A stretch of 58,021 bases of DNA, filler included, from Streblomastix strix (GCA_008636045.1; 3 parts of 3 records of this genome joined end to end with filler, not necessarily neighbours in it); one strand, 5' to 3'. Numbered from the whole stretch's first letter, positions 25,586-38,756 are shown. Numbers and translations: made by a program. The notes: generated from the letters alone by a model not told the origin.

Positions 25586-26158
25586 TCATTCATAATTTCC
25601 ATTCCTTAATTTGTCGACATATACTTTCAATTATTTATGTGTAATATCATAACATGAAACATATTAATAAGCGTAAGCGTCATTTTTCACATTAATGTGA
25701 AGCTTTCTAAATTTTAGCCCATTGTGGAAATATACATTATATTCTTAATCAAAACTATATCCCTCTAAGTCATACCCATTATATAATATAAGCGGTTAAC
25801 TATTTTCTGGTAGTTCGTCAAAATATTCGTATTATATTTTTCCATGATTAGTTCTGTTCTTTGAGTTCTCAATATTTGTTGTCCATCGGAGATTTTCTAT
25901 TCTATTATCATTTTTGATACGATTAATGTGATCTACTTGTGGTAAATTATTAGGATTCGGAATAAATTAAATAGCAATAACTCTATGATGTTTATATTTT
26001 TTTCCATTCAGATATATTTAATTATATCCTGTGGAATTATCAAACGTTATTTTTGGAATAAATTAATCCGCAATTCTTCTTATCGTATGTGGTTCTTCAG
26101 TTAATATTTCATAGTTATTATTAACAGTTAATATTTACCATATATTTAACTCTACCAT
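25586..26158 (-). CDS. HNH endonuclease, intact (190 aa)
   Basis: HHRVIAIQFIPNPNNLPQVDHINRIKNDNRIENLRWTTNIEN. Confidence 0.9.
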
Positions 26159-26225
26159 TTATTCCCCAGATAAAAAAATGAAGAAAATATAAAACTGATT
26201 TTTAAAAAGTTATTTCGTTTATTAA

Positions 26226-28184
26226 ATGAGTTTTGGAGCACAGGATTACCTTGCAAGGCTATCGAAAGCATCACATTCGGATTATGTTTCTTCATATTCG
26301 GCTCTTAATGAAGTAATGCGGACGTTGACTATCGAACCATAATCATTCCATCTATCAAAATAATAATTCGAAGACTAACCTGTTAATACATTGTTTTCTG
26401 GTGGTACAAGATAGACACGAGCTCCTCTTGGTGCTAGGGGTTCAGCCACCTGTTGCTGTGTTTAAACATGTTAGGTTAACTGGACAATTACTATATCCGC
26501 TAACACATTGGGTATCCAGCTCAATTAAGTTAATCAAACTAAAGGAGGAAATACTGACATTGAATTTGCCCTATAATTAACTAACTTTAATGGAACAAAG
26601 ACAGCAGCTGCACCATTGCCTGCAGATAGATTGATTGCTCAAAACACATAAAAATATAATAGCAATGAAGTACTCAAATTTTGGATCGGCTTCTCAACAG
26701 CTTGTGGACCTTTCTAATAAGTTGCTATATGTAAATAAAATACAAAATTATGGGAAACTTCCATTTACGCTCGCGAATAAGCTATCATCTGTTCTAATTC
26801 TTTATCTGACCTAACAGTTAATAATTCCGTTACTGTCTCACTACTTGAAAGTATAACTTAAGGGAAACGTCATTGTGGAGTATTTATTGATATACCATGT
26901 AGTAAAATTAATGCCAGTACTGCTGACTACTATTATAAAATACCAGATCCCATTACTTTTAGTGATGTATTGGATCTCAATTAACTGAACCCGATATTTA
27001 ACGAGTTTCCTGTACTAATTAGAAATTATGCCAGTCTTTTTCTATAACTGTGGATGACTGATTTCCTATAAGATTTAAAAATAGTATGGTTAAATAAAAC
27101 AATCCCTCTATTCGATCAACATCTTGCTTATACAATGATTCCACCAGAGAAACCAGATATAATTATCCTAATGACTAATGACGCAGATATTGAATATAAA
27201 TAATACTCTGTACGAATGATTAATTGTAGAGATCTAGAAGCAGATTCAACTGACCCAAAAAATAGTATATAATAAATAGACACCGCTTACTTTGAATATT
27301 TATCGATCCATAACCTTTGCTTTACCATGGAAAATGAATAGGCAATTATCGATATGATTAGGGCACAGAAAGTAATACATTTCCCTACCTAAGTTATTAA
27401 ATCACAATCATTTAATTACACCATGAACAATTTTGAGCCATCCAGTGGGTAAATATAAAGTATAATGTCGTTTGCTAATATCAAAGCTATGTTCATGACG
27501 TTTGCGATGCCGTAATATCCCACATGGTTCTTTCCCATGTTACTCCACAACATAGACTTAATAATTGATTAACGACATGCTGTTCCTTTCCCTTACGAAG
27601 CACATACTCAAGCTACAAATGGCTCAATGTTTTAGTGTTTTGTTGATTAAGATGTTATATCACCATCTAGCGATTTGTATCATTCTCTTACCTTCGAAAA
27701 CATCAACATAAATGATAAGAGATATAGTTATGGGAAAAATGATGGTGCTACTAATGATATAGATAATGTGTTCTATAAGACTACACTATTTGTTGGTTCT
27801 AAGGCTGTTAAAACATACTATCCTAATAAATATATGCTCGCATGGAAATTAGCTACTGATGATTCATTTATGCGCGGATTTAATAGTACTAGAATTGGTG
27901 CGAGAACAGATATATAATTAATGTTGCATACACAGATTATAACTGGAATTGTTGATAACCATAAAATTAATGATGATACTATTCACCCTGAGAATTAAAA
28001 TACATTAGCTGGGTTTATAGGTACAAGAAGTTATCCCATGAGTTGGTAAGTAGGTTAGACCCCCATGTTTCATTATCTGTGTGACGCGGTCATTAGAATC
28101 ATGTTTGATGATAACCCCGAACCCTAGGTGTTAAATCTGGAGGTTATCGGTGAGATTAGCGGCAGTATGATTACTGCGGGATGA
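26226..28184 (+). CDS. Putative major capsid protein (652 aa, double jelly-roll inferred)
   Basis: Long intact code-6 ORF containing supplied ORF 27675-27917. The capsid call rests on size, composition and location near the packaging ATPase, not on a diagnostic motif. Confidence 0.65.
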
Positions 28185-28331
28185 TCTTACTATTTTTCCA
28201 TCGTTAATGAAGATTGATTAATTTCCCAAAAAAGTCAACCCTGATAATTATATCGTTAATTCAAAAAATAATAAAAAGGCAAGTTGCACCTCTCTTTTAA
28301 AATTAGATTTGTCCAATTACACTAAAATTAA

Positions 28332-28958
28332 TCATATATAATATTTGTGAAGAGGTGACCATTTAAATTTAGATTCTTCTATTTAAAATATATATTCATT
28401 GAAACATTATTTGTTTTCATCAATCATACTCCTTAATCTATTTTCATTGAACTCATTACGTTATTTTTCATTTGTTTCTAGAATGTCATCATATATTTTT
28501 CTGAACTCTTTATATTAATATGATGTTAGTATTAACATTTATTTACCACAATAAGGTATTAGATCTCCTCTATCATAACTTAAGTTACCTATTACATCAA
28601 AATTAAGTGAATATTCATAGTATGGGCAATGTGGCCAAGATTACATTTATGTTGCGTAAAATTAATTATTAAAAGAAAGACTAGAGGTAAAATTATGACC
28701 ATATTCTATTTCAAACATACATTCATCATAACATTATTTATTTTTATAAATCATTCTCGTTAATCTATTTTCATTGAACTCATTACGTTATTTTTCACTT
28801 GTTTCAAGAATGTCATCATATATTTTTTTGAACTCTTCATATTAATTAACAGCTAATATTAATTTATTATCTGATAATAATAAGTCTCCTATATCGTAAC
28901 TTAATCTAGCTACCATATTACTATCTAATGTATATTCATTGTATGAACAATATGACAT
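28332..28958 (-). CDS. 208-aa protein made of two ~100-aa repeats
   Basis: YEEFKKIYDDILETSEKQRNEFNENRL and YKEFRKIYDDILETNEKQRNEFNENRL in one frame; the DNA duplication is visible at ~28433-28520 and ~28760-28847. Confidence 0.65.
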
Positions 28959-29150
28959 TTATATGGCTGATAAAAAAAATAGAAAAAATGTTAGGGGGAA
29001 AAATAACCCCGTTGACTTATTTTTAGAATGCCAACACACTTTCAATTACAAATCTTACTCTCACAAGCATATTTTATAGCTATATCGAATATCTTCTTAA
29101 TCAGCTCCTTCCAATTAATTCCTAATTATTCGAGCTCGTAAATTATAGTT

Positions 29151-32100
29151 TCATTCAGCGGAATCATTTATAGGAGGTTAAAGATCTACATAATTACTAG
29201 CTGATAATTAATAGATAAACGGTGCTGATAATTAACTATTAGGCAAAATAATACCTTTAGTGTGTACGCCTGTCAGAGCATTTTTTGTTTAAGTTAATTT
29301 TGCCATTACCCCATCTTTTTATCCCAGTCGCATATTTTCACACTTCATTATATTTCCACCGATACAATCAATTATATTCTACTTAGTTATAATATTCTAC
29401 TTCTGATTAACTCCCTTCAATTTAATTATTTAGTCAGCAACCGTGTTAATATAATAATTCTTAGGCGAGACAGCTATCATTATATCACCTTCCTTTTCGA
29501 TTGATAGCCCTAATAATTTCTTTTGTTCTTTTAAGTTGCTAGTTGTAGGAAAATAATACTTATAATTATCATGGTAAAATTTCTAATCGGTTATTATATA
29601 GTTAAATCCTTAGCTAGTTGGTTAATTAATATCCCCTGCTACTGCAAAGTACATCGAGTCCGTATCACCTTCAATAAAATGAAACCTATTTCTATCCAAA
29701 CATTTATAAAGGAAATTATATATAAAATTAAGATACCAATACTTAGCGTTATCTAGTGTAAAATAAGCTTCTTATAGCGGAGTCATACATTTACATCTAT
29801 CTGTGTTTAACTACACGGCATAAAGGTCATCGTTTAACTATCGCTCACTCATAAAATTACCTGTCAAGTGAGTTATTAAAGTATCAGCCTTTGACTTTAG
29901 CTTCACATTACTAAATTTCTCGATATTCATCCCATCAGATCCATAACTAGCGTTCATAACTATCTTACAGAATTAGCTCAACCCTTTGTTATTAGCTTCA
30001 ATAGCTTATATTCTCCTGTTCATAAAAGTGTTAACAAATCCGTTAAATCTATCGTGCTTAGTAAAAAGAATGAGCTAATTTATATCATCTATAACAAAAT
30101 GACACGTGTCAATTAAAAACTATAAATAATAACTAGAGAATGACATGAATTGATCGTGAGTAGATAACAACTGAGTTAGCTTCCTCTCATCTTTATCTAC
30201 TTTTATCCCATTATCTTTCATAAAATTATAGGTATATTTACCTATTACTTGTTCGCTAGTAACATATGATATATTCCTAAGAATAAGCGGAAAATTAATA
30301 CAATCATTTATATCTTCAATGTGCCCCTTAATTGTTGCGATGAATAATTACCCTGCTATTGTATATCTTACTGACGAATTAATAATATTCATACACCTCT
30401 CTTTTTATATATCATTTTCCACGTTAATTACTTCTTTTACTGTACCAGCCATATACATTTTACCACCAGTATATGGACATAGTTAATTATGTTAACTACT
30501 CATTACACTCGGATATAATGAATTAAAATCTAGCCCTATTATATTAGTGACTATATTATCTGTCTCTATTACTTTCACTTTACCGTCATATTATATAGTA
30601 ACAACATTATCTGTCTCGATTACTTTTACTTAACCATCATATTGTAATCTCTTAATTTTTGTCTGACCACGTATATTTACCCGATTCATTACATTTGATA
30701 GCCCACCAGTTATTCCATTCCTTAGCGTTTAATATACTTGCTAATTGTTAATTATTGTAGGTAAATTATACTTGCTACAGAATTTCTTTAACTAGATAAG
30801 TAATTTCATCTCTTACTCATTTCTATTTCCTTTCGTTGAATTACAATATAAACAACACTATCTAACATTATCTTTAGTATGAGGTATTAAATTATCGATG
30901 CGATCTAATGTAGGTCTATTTTTAAACGTAAATTGTTCGTGACAAATAAAACAAGGCTTTCTCATTAGCTATTGAAAATATTAATAATCATCAACACTTA
31001 CGTTATTAGCCACATCTCTTTTCGCTAGTAAGTCTTGTTATTTATATCCCAACACTTTAATGTTCCAATATTATGGAGTAAGGTAAAATGGTGGATTAAA
31101 TGTTGGGTAGTTATAATTTCCATCTATACTAAAATCATTATAAGCTATTGAATATTTTATAGCGTTAGCGCAACTAGCCATTGATATATGTTATAACATA
31201 TCAACCTTGTATTCGAAGAACAGGTTAATTAATATTTATATAGGTGCAATCATAATCTAAGTATCTAGTATATTATAATGTCTTAGATAATCCCATCTGT
31301 TATTAAATTATTTATAATCCTTGAGATATAATAAGTAATCTTGATCGGAAATACTAGTATTTTTCAACGTGTTATTGTAATCTGATTATTAAAATGGGCT
31401 CTTTTTAGATAATTGCTCATCATAATCATCTCCCATTAGATCATAGGGAAATAACCCCTTAGACTATTATTAATCCGAAAAATTCGCTACAAATTAGTCC
31501 AGTGCCATTGGGGGTGCGACATATAAAAAAGCGTCTAGAAATTTGAGCGATATACTCATATTATTATGCGATACAATTAGCTACTTACACATTTGTGGTG
31601 ACCCTATATAATTAGTTATTTTCCATTAGCTCGATAACATATATGGAAAGAGTAATGACATATCAAATTTAGCAGAGTTATATCCCAGAACAGGAACATC
31701 AATTGAATAAGGTATATTTTCATCATCGTAATTATTATCTTTCTTTATTTATACTGCTTCTGCAAATAGTTATTTTATCCATTGGTTAATGAAATCTGTT
31801 TACCTAATATCATAATAAATAGATTTAATACCTTTGGATGAATGGATGGTTGATGCCACACTTAGTGGTATGAGTTAGCTTATTATCTTACTTTCTTTGC
31901 CAAATTTTGTATCAACTTTGTGCTCATAAGTTTCAAAATCATAAGTAATAAAATATTACGTCGGTTTAAATTCATTTTATCTACCCTAAGTAAGTAAATA
32001 CCGATAAGTCTTATTTTACATTATGTGGGGAACAAATGGTCTTTGTTAATCATCAAGATAGACTTATTTCACTATTTTCCCCTTACATTTCTTAATATGT

Positions 32101-33449
32101 CTATCCATAGTCTCTTTAGTATGTTAATCTTATTTAAAGCAGTGATTCTTGCAAATAGGGCAGAATAATAATCCAGTTAGACGTTATTTATCTGTTACTA
32201 GTAATGTATGAATATTTATACCATTTATTTCCTCTGATTAGATAAGTAGCAAATTAAGCTCATCATCTCCTTCGATTGGAAATGATTAAGATAAGAAATA
32301 ATGAAAAGACTTATCATCCTACTAGTATGAAAAGAGATTAACTGATAATTTTAGATGATCATGGATTTTCTATATATCTGTTGCGTAATTGAATCCCTCA
32401 AATGTCTTAGGGTTAAAGTCCTTGTAAAATAAGACGCCAATTTCTTTCATTTTATGAAGAACTTGACTGTCACTATATCTTTTCTCCTTAGTATCTTTTA
32501 GCAAATGTCTAGCTATTGCTTCTAGTACACAAGTATTAGGATAAGGTGAATTGATAAATCTGAGACATTAACGTTTTTTTGACAAATGTATTTTTAAACT
32601 CGGAATAGACTTACCACTGATTGGAAGGAGATAGGTCATTGCGCAGATAGAATAAACAGCTATATATTTCTATTTTGTATCGATTAGGGTCTTTTCCTAA
32701 ACAGATATTATAACTGACTAGATATATTCCTTGTATAGTTCAATATCTTGTTGAGTTCTTATTAATAATGGGGCTCTTCTTTCTGTCATTGATTCTCTCG
32801 GGATAATATAACCGTATGTTATTTTTATATCATTATTCTTATCTCTATCTTTTCGCTCGTAAATGAAGCCAAAGTCGATTGCTAATTTATAGACGCTATG
32901 AGCCATATTAATGTGAATTTGATCAATGAAATTATAGATATCTAATACGCTAGTTATATTATTGCTATAGTGAACTGTGGTTATTGGACTGCGTTAGATG
33001 TGATTTTAATCGGAGAAATTAGATTTGGCGTCAAGGAGAATTCTAGTGAAATCATCTAGATCGTGAGGTTGAGTTAATAATAATACTCCTTCGTTTATTA
33101 TTTTAAGTAGCTTACGTTCTTTTGTAGACTCTATCTGTTGTTTGATTTCTAATAGTTACGGTTAAAATATATACTGTAATTGCTACTCTAATTATTATTG
33201 TATCTCGTTAAAGTTCTCTTGATGAGTTGGAGGTTAACGTACATAGAATTAGTTATCTAATCTAGCGTCTAAGTCAATCATAAATTATCTGAGGACATTA
33301 TAGTTATTTCGTGAGCCTTTTGCTGGAAAGTTATTTTTATCAAGTGCACGTTTTAGTTGTTACTTTAACTATTCACGTGTCTTTTTTTCTTATAGTTGGG
33401 GTGATATAATTCGCAATAAATTTAGCAGCTCCTTTTTAGTTAATACCAT
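29151..33449 (-). CDS. Intact protein-primed PolB with internal endonuclease-VII-like domain (1432 aa)
   Basis: Read through with no TGA or shift: CPIC Zn motif, YDFET, GYNSAKFD, KGLFPY, YNILD, CFIC..LDRIDN..H..NV..CCLYCN, DFNSLYP, KIVMNASYG, GDTDS. An in-frame upstream ATG exists at 33581. Confidence 0.93.
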
Positions 33450-33636
33450 TTTATCTTACGTATAAAAAATGATTATTTCATGAAGAGTTGATGAGGATAT
33501 AATAAAGGTTAATATCTAGTCGAATTATTTTTGTAATTTTATGAAGAGATAGAGATTACGGATAGTGTTTTTATTAGCCATTTATCGTTAGAAATCTATT
33601 TTTTAGTCGAATAGGGGAACTGATTTATTATACCCA

Positions 33637-34079
33637 AGTAGTTAAGGATCTTAGAAACTTGTACTATTGAAAGAAAAAATATGTGTTCAAATTAAGGCGA
33701 CCAGATAGGTCCAACGGGTATAAATATTCAAAACACTTAAATTATGATGGAAAATAGCGACAGTAATCCATATCAATTCATTTGTGGATTAGCCCGTGGG
33801 GTAATGAGTATAAGTAATTATTCCAAAAAGTTCTGATAGATAGTGTATTATTAGTGAAATAAAGTGAAAATAAGATAAAAATAAGAAAAAACTTGTATTT
33901 ATTTAGTCGGTAACGTATTGAGTAGTACTTTATCGGTGAAAAAAGATAATTTAAAGAGCTATTTTCCATCATAATTTAAGTGTTTTGAATATTTATACCC
34001 GTTGGACCTATCTGATCGCCTTAATTTGAACACATATTTTTTCTTTCAATAGAACAAGTTTCTCAGATCCCTAACTACT
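33637..34079. mobile_element. 443-bp element bounded by 122-bp inverted repeats with AGTAGT...ACTACT ends
   Basis: 33637-33758 is the reverse complement of 33958-34079 with 4 mismatches; no TSD seen. Confidence 0.65.
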
Positions 34080-34282
34080 GCCATTAACCATAAATGTCAT
34101 AAATTTGAATGATGGAGAAATCGATTGAATTACCTTAAATGAAAAACAAGACAGATAAGACATGACAAGTCAGAAAAATATAAGACACCAAAAGTTGCAG
34201 GACAGGTTGACAGATGGACAGATGAATCAAAAATAAAAATTTTTTTTCTCAAACTATTTCTATATTTTTATCTTTTTGGAAA

Positions 34283-36395
34283 ATGGCATAACTGGCAAAT
34301 AACTTTGAAGATAGTAAACTCATTGAATCAATTATGAGCGAATCAACTGAAAAGAATATTAAATGTGTGACACTTGAGAAAGGATCAAAAAGACAATATA
34401 ATTGTAAGTCAAAAACATATGAGAAAACTAAAGCGTTAATTGATCAGATGATTAATGAATAGACTAATGAACAGACAAATGAACAGACAGATGAATAGAT
34501 AAATGATTAAGAATAAACTAAAGAGTAATCCGTTCCCTAAAGTGATTATGATGTATTCTCTGAAGTATTTTCTGAATGTTTCACTAAAGTTAATGAAATA
34601 ATATATAATCCAAAACTATCAAAAAGAGAATTGATGGTGCAATCATTGATTTATATGAATATCGAAAATTCGCTGATCCTAAATTAAAAAATAAATAATT
34701 AACAGGATATGTTGTTTATTTGAGTTTGCGAAAAGATGATAATTTATGTATTATTGATTTTGATATTGATCATGCAGGCAAATTGAATGAGGAAGAGAAA
34801 GAGAAAATACGATAAAATATAATCAATAATATGCTTCCAAAAAATGTTGGTTTAGTCGTAACTGCATGAGGTGGAATACATGCTTATTGCAATAGGAATG
34901 GATATAAATTAACTACAAACAGAAATGAGAAAGTGAGAGTATATGATGATAGTCATGAAATTGATATCTTTGCATAGATGTACACACATAAAGATGGTGA
35001 ACTAGTAGCGAATCGAGTTGTACTACCAAATAGCAAAGTAAGAATCATGGAAAAAGGAGTCTAGAAAAAAGAGATACTTCATTATAAAAAACTTAATGAT
35101 TGGTCTAATGCTCATCATCAAGCATCTTTGCATAATATTCTTGGTCATTGGAATGTTGATCTATCTGCAAAAGATGATGATATTTCGAACACCGTTTCAT
35201 AAGATTGTACATATGAAGCAATGACAATTGAAATAGTTGATGCATGTATATAAAGTTTGAAACGATTAACTATTCACAATGATACAAACACATTAGCAAG
35301 AGAGATTAGTTTGCTTCCAGTATTCATGGGACTAAACGGATTAGAATAAACGAAAGATAAATAATATAAAGAAGATGCCTACATAACTGTTTATAGAAAT
35401 AATATTCTGACACCTAATGCAAATGAACATTGGAGCGATAGAAAAGGAAGATATTCCAGTAGAGCTAATGCATAGATACTAACGAAAATTATTAAACTTC
35501 ATAACAAAGAATACTATGAAACAACTTTTAAACATTTGCACAAAAAGAGATTACAAGATAAACATAAATTAAAGCCTGAAATAAAATTGGAAATGATTGA
35601 AAAATAAGGATCTGACATCAATGATCCATTCATATTTGGAAACATAAGTGAAAAAGCAACAAGAGGAGAATATAAAGAAGAAGCAGATATTGCGACTGAT
35701 TTAACTAAGGTAATTAGATACTATGCTGGTGAATCTGAATTAGTGTTAATAATCAAAGAATATGATGCTTAGTAAGAGACTAACGTAATACGCTATAAAA
35801 CAAAGACAAACGCATATGAATAAATGCACATAATTAGATTAAGGGATGATGGTAAAAACATATAACAGTATAAGATATTTTCGAAAAATATAGTAGATAA
35901 TATGTTGTTGAAGGAGTTAGATTCAATTCATATAATCCGAATGTATTCAATGTCTTTCAAGGATATAAGTATGAAAAATTTGAATAAGTTGAAGAATCAA
36001 AGATAAATATGTTCATTAATGATCTGACGTATGGAACAATAGCAGGAGGAAACTAAGAGGTTTTTGAATATATTCTTAATTGGATTGCATTCATTGCTTA
36101 AATTGCAGGATAAAAAACTAGAACAGCTATCATTTTTCAAGGATTATAGAGAATTAGTAAAAATAGATTCACAGATGTTATTGCAGAAATTTTTTCACGT
36201 TATAGCCTACCAAATATATCAATAATTGAAGAATTTACAGGAATATTCAATTTAGTTGTTGAGAATGTAGTGTTTGCTGTTCTGAATGAAATGATGAATT
36301 ATAACGAACCCAAGAAGGGTACTGCCTAGATAATGAAGACGATAGTTACTGATTAAACAATAAGAATTAATAAGAAAAATTAACCAAGAAGACGA
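34283..36395 (+). pseudogene. Primase-polymerase (AEP-type) / SF3-like helicase, 3'-truncated
   Basis: IIDFDID, TA*GGIHAY (TGA 34867), NRVVLP; then FNVFQG, YILNWIA, eroded Walker A QGLQRISKN, VLNE, RINKKNQP. Frameshifts at ~34612 and ~35856. Confidence 0.8.
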
Positions 36396-37974
36396 GCTGA
36401 AACAGATAATTAGACTTGGGGATTGGGGCACTTCACTAGACCTCTCCTCCGCATTTCACCACCTAATAGTCCTAACAGAATCACAACCATACCTAGCATT
36501 CGAGTTCCAGAACAACCACTACACATATAGAGCTATGCCATTTGGAACCAAACACTCATCAATATACTTCGCAACAGCAATGGAGCAAATAATGCAACAA
36601 ATAAGAATGAAATCCGAGATTAGAATAATCAATTACGTCGACGACATCTATCTCCTTCACCAAAACTAGGAGTATCTGAAGAACATGACTTAGAGAGTAA
36701 TAGACACACTGAAATACTTCGGATTCACAATAAACACAGAAAAGAGCGAGACAGAACCAAATCAAATAGTAATATTTCTAGGATGGGAATGGAATCTAGC
36801 CAATGCAACAGTCAAGACGAAACCGAAGAAGCGATTATTTCTTCTACACGATCTATACAATACGAGAAGTTGGATAAAGACAGGAACAGAGACAACAGTA
36901 AAATAAACAGCTAAGTTAATAGGAAAACTAAACTATCTAAGACTGTAATTTTAAGAAGCCTCACTCTTCCTGAACATAATGGACCATCAGAAAGCATAAG
37001 CAGCAAGACTGAGAGGATGAAATACAACGATGATAATGAACAAGACTGCAATTCCAGATATAAATTGATGGATAGCGAAACTCAGAGCGAACATTCCAGG
37101 ACAATTAATATAGATATCACCATAAATGAAAATGACAACAGATGCAGCACCTAGTAGATGGGGTTCTAATCAAAAGAAGGAATCGGAAATGACTGCAATA
37201 TCTCATGGAACTTGGAATAAAAGATAAGCGAAGTTAATAAGTAACAGCAGAGAAGCTAAAGTTATAACTTAAAGCTTGCGAAGTTTCGCCAAAATCTTAA
37301 AGAATTCGCGAATTCAATCCCTAGCGATTAGAAGTGATAATAGTACAGCAGTTTTCGACATTTATAAATGGAGAACATCAATATCATTAATAAAGGAAAT
37401 TAAACATGTACACTAAACAATAGAAAAGCTAGGAATTTAGATCCAGATTACTCACTTCCCAGGAGTTAAAACCGAAATGGCAGACGCACTAAGTAGATTA
37501 TCAAGAGCAGGAGACTATTAACTAAAGGAGAAAATTTTTCGACAGACATGTCTTCAGATGAACTTGAAACCAACAACAGATTTATTCTCACAACACTTCA
37601 ATTATCTACTGCCAAGATTCATGTCAACAATAGGAGGACACAGAGAAATAGCAATCGACGCTCTCAATCAAACATGGAAGAAGGAACTATCATGGATTCA
37701 TCCTCCTATCCCTCTCCTTCCAGCAGTTCTGAAGAAGATCAGAGAAGAGCAGATCGAGACAATGATAATAGCTCCACTATGGCCAGGCCAGATATGGTAC
37801 ACAGAACTGGTAAACGAGAATGCTCGATCCCTTATGCTTGATTGGAGCAACGAATTTCTGGAACCAGGAATATCGTTAATTAAGAAGAATTTGAAACTCT
37901 TTCCAGGCAAGATATGTTGTTTCCTGATGGACCGAAGCCCAGAAAAGCGAGAAGATTCACAAGAAATATTTTGA
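36391..37974 (+). pseudogene. DIRS RT / RNase H / adenine-methyltransferase-like polyprotein
   Basis: LDLSSAFHHL, YRAMPFG, YVDD; TDAA, RSDNSTAV, ADALSR; DLFS, WIHPP, APLWPGQIWY. TGA at 37018 and 37066 at probable Trp positions. Confidence 0.9.
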
Positions 37975-38006
37975 GAATACTAAACGTTTCCAAGGCAGCA
38001 ATAGAC

Positions 38007-38656
38007 ATGATTTTATATGGATAAAGATACAATACTTAAAGGAGATACTACTATGCAATGGAAAAACTTAAGAAATGGATCCAAATCAATCACTACACAA
38101 TACTTGATTTATTAACAATGAAGCCACACATCATTATAACAGAGGTACTAGCTTAATTCACTTTAGTAAACACTTCAGCAAGCTCAGCACTTCAGTTTCT
38201 TAATGGACTCTCATCAATGCTCTCACTCACGTTCGAAATAGATTTAAAGAATAACCACATGCTCCAATTTACTAAGAAAGCAATCTCAGCACACATAGTC
38301 GTCAAACCAAAATATGAAGACAAATGGAACGTGGTAATACTATTTGATTATTGGAGAGGAAAAGGATCGAACCGAAATTTGACAAATGTTGAACTGTAGA
38401 CTAAACTCACTTCACTCCTTATGACTATCTATTCAATGAGACCAGCCGAAATCGAAGGAATATCACTAAGACACACAGTAATTTGCGAACAAACTGACAA
38501 AGTAGATTTACGACAACAACCGAAAACAAAGTCTGGACTTCACTCACACAAACTTCCAAAGACTAGAGATCGAACTGTATGTCCAAGAGCAACATTTTTT
38601 GATTGGCTGAAAAGAATTGATAACAAACATGGTCGATCCATCAGAGATAATAAGTA
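38007..38656 (+). CDS. DIRS tyrosine recombinase (partial)
   Basis: PKY..W, KLTSLL..SMRPAEI, PKTK, VCPR; joins supplied ORFs 38217 and 38421 through TAG=Gln. Confidence 0.8.
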
Positions 38657-38756
38657 NNNNNNNNNNNNNNNNNNNNNNNNNNNNNNNNNNNNNNNNNNNN
38701 TTAATTAATTAANNNNNNNNNNNNNNNNNNNNNNNNNNNNNNNNNNNNNNNNNNNN
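38657..38756. other. Artificial contig spacer
   Basis: Identical N44-TTAATTAATTAA-N44 structure. Confidence 0.97.

Larger units (their letters stand above)
19384..33600. mobile_element. Endogenous Polinton-like virus (partial)
   Basis: Packaging ATPase, putative capsid protein, pPolB, HNH and fibre-like genes; intronless and tightly packed, with recurring (T)AAATG start context. Confidence 0.88.
36391..38656 (+). mobile_element. DIRS-type tyrosine-recombinase retrotransposon fragment
   Basis: RT-RNaseH-methyltransferase frame followed by a YR frame; abrupt compositional shift at ~36390. Confidence 0.9.

Noticed and set aside
5150..36395. One continuous ~31-kb virus
   Set aside because: An artificial spacer separates the contigs, and the contig-2 pPolB is a distinct, divergent polymerase.
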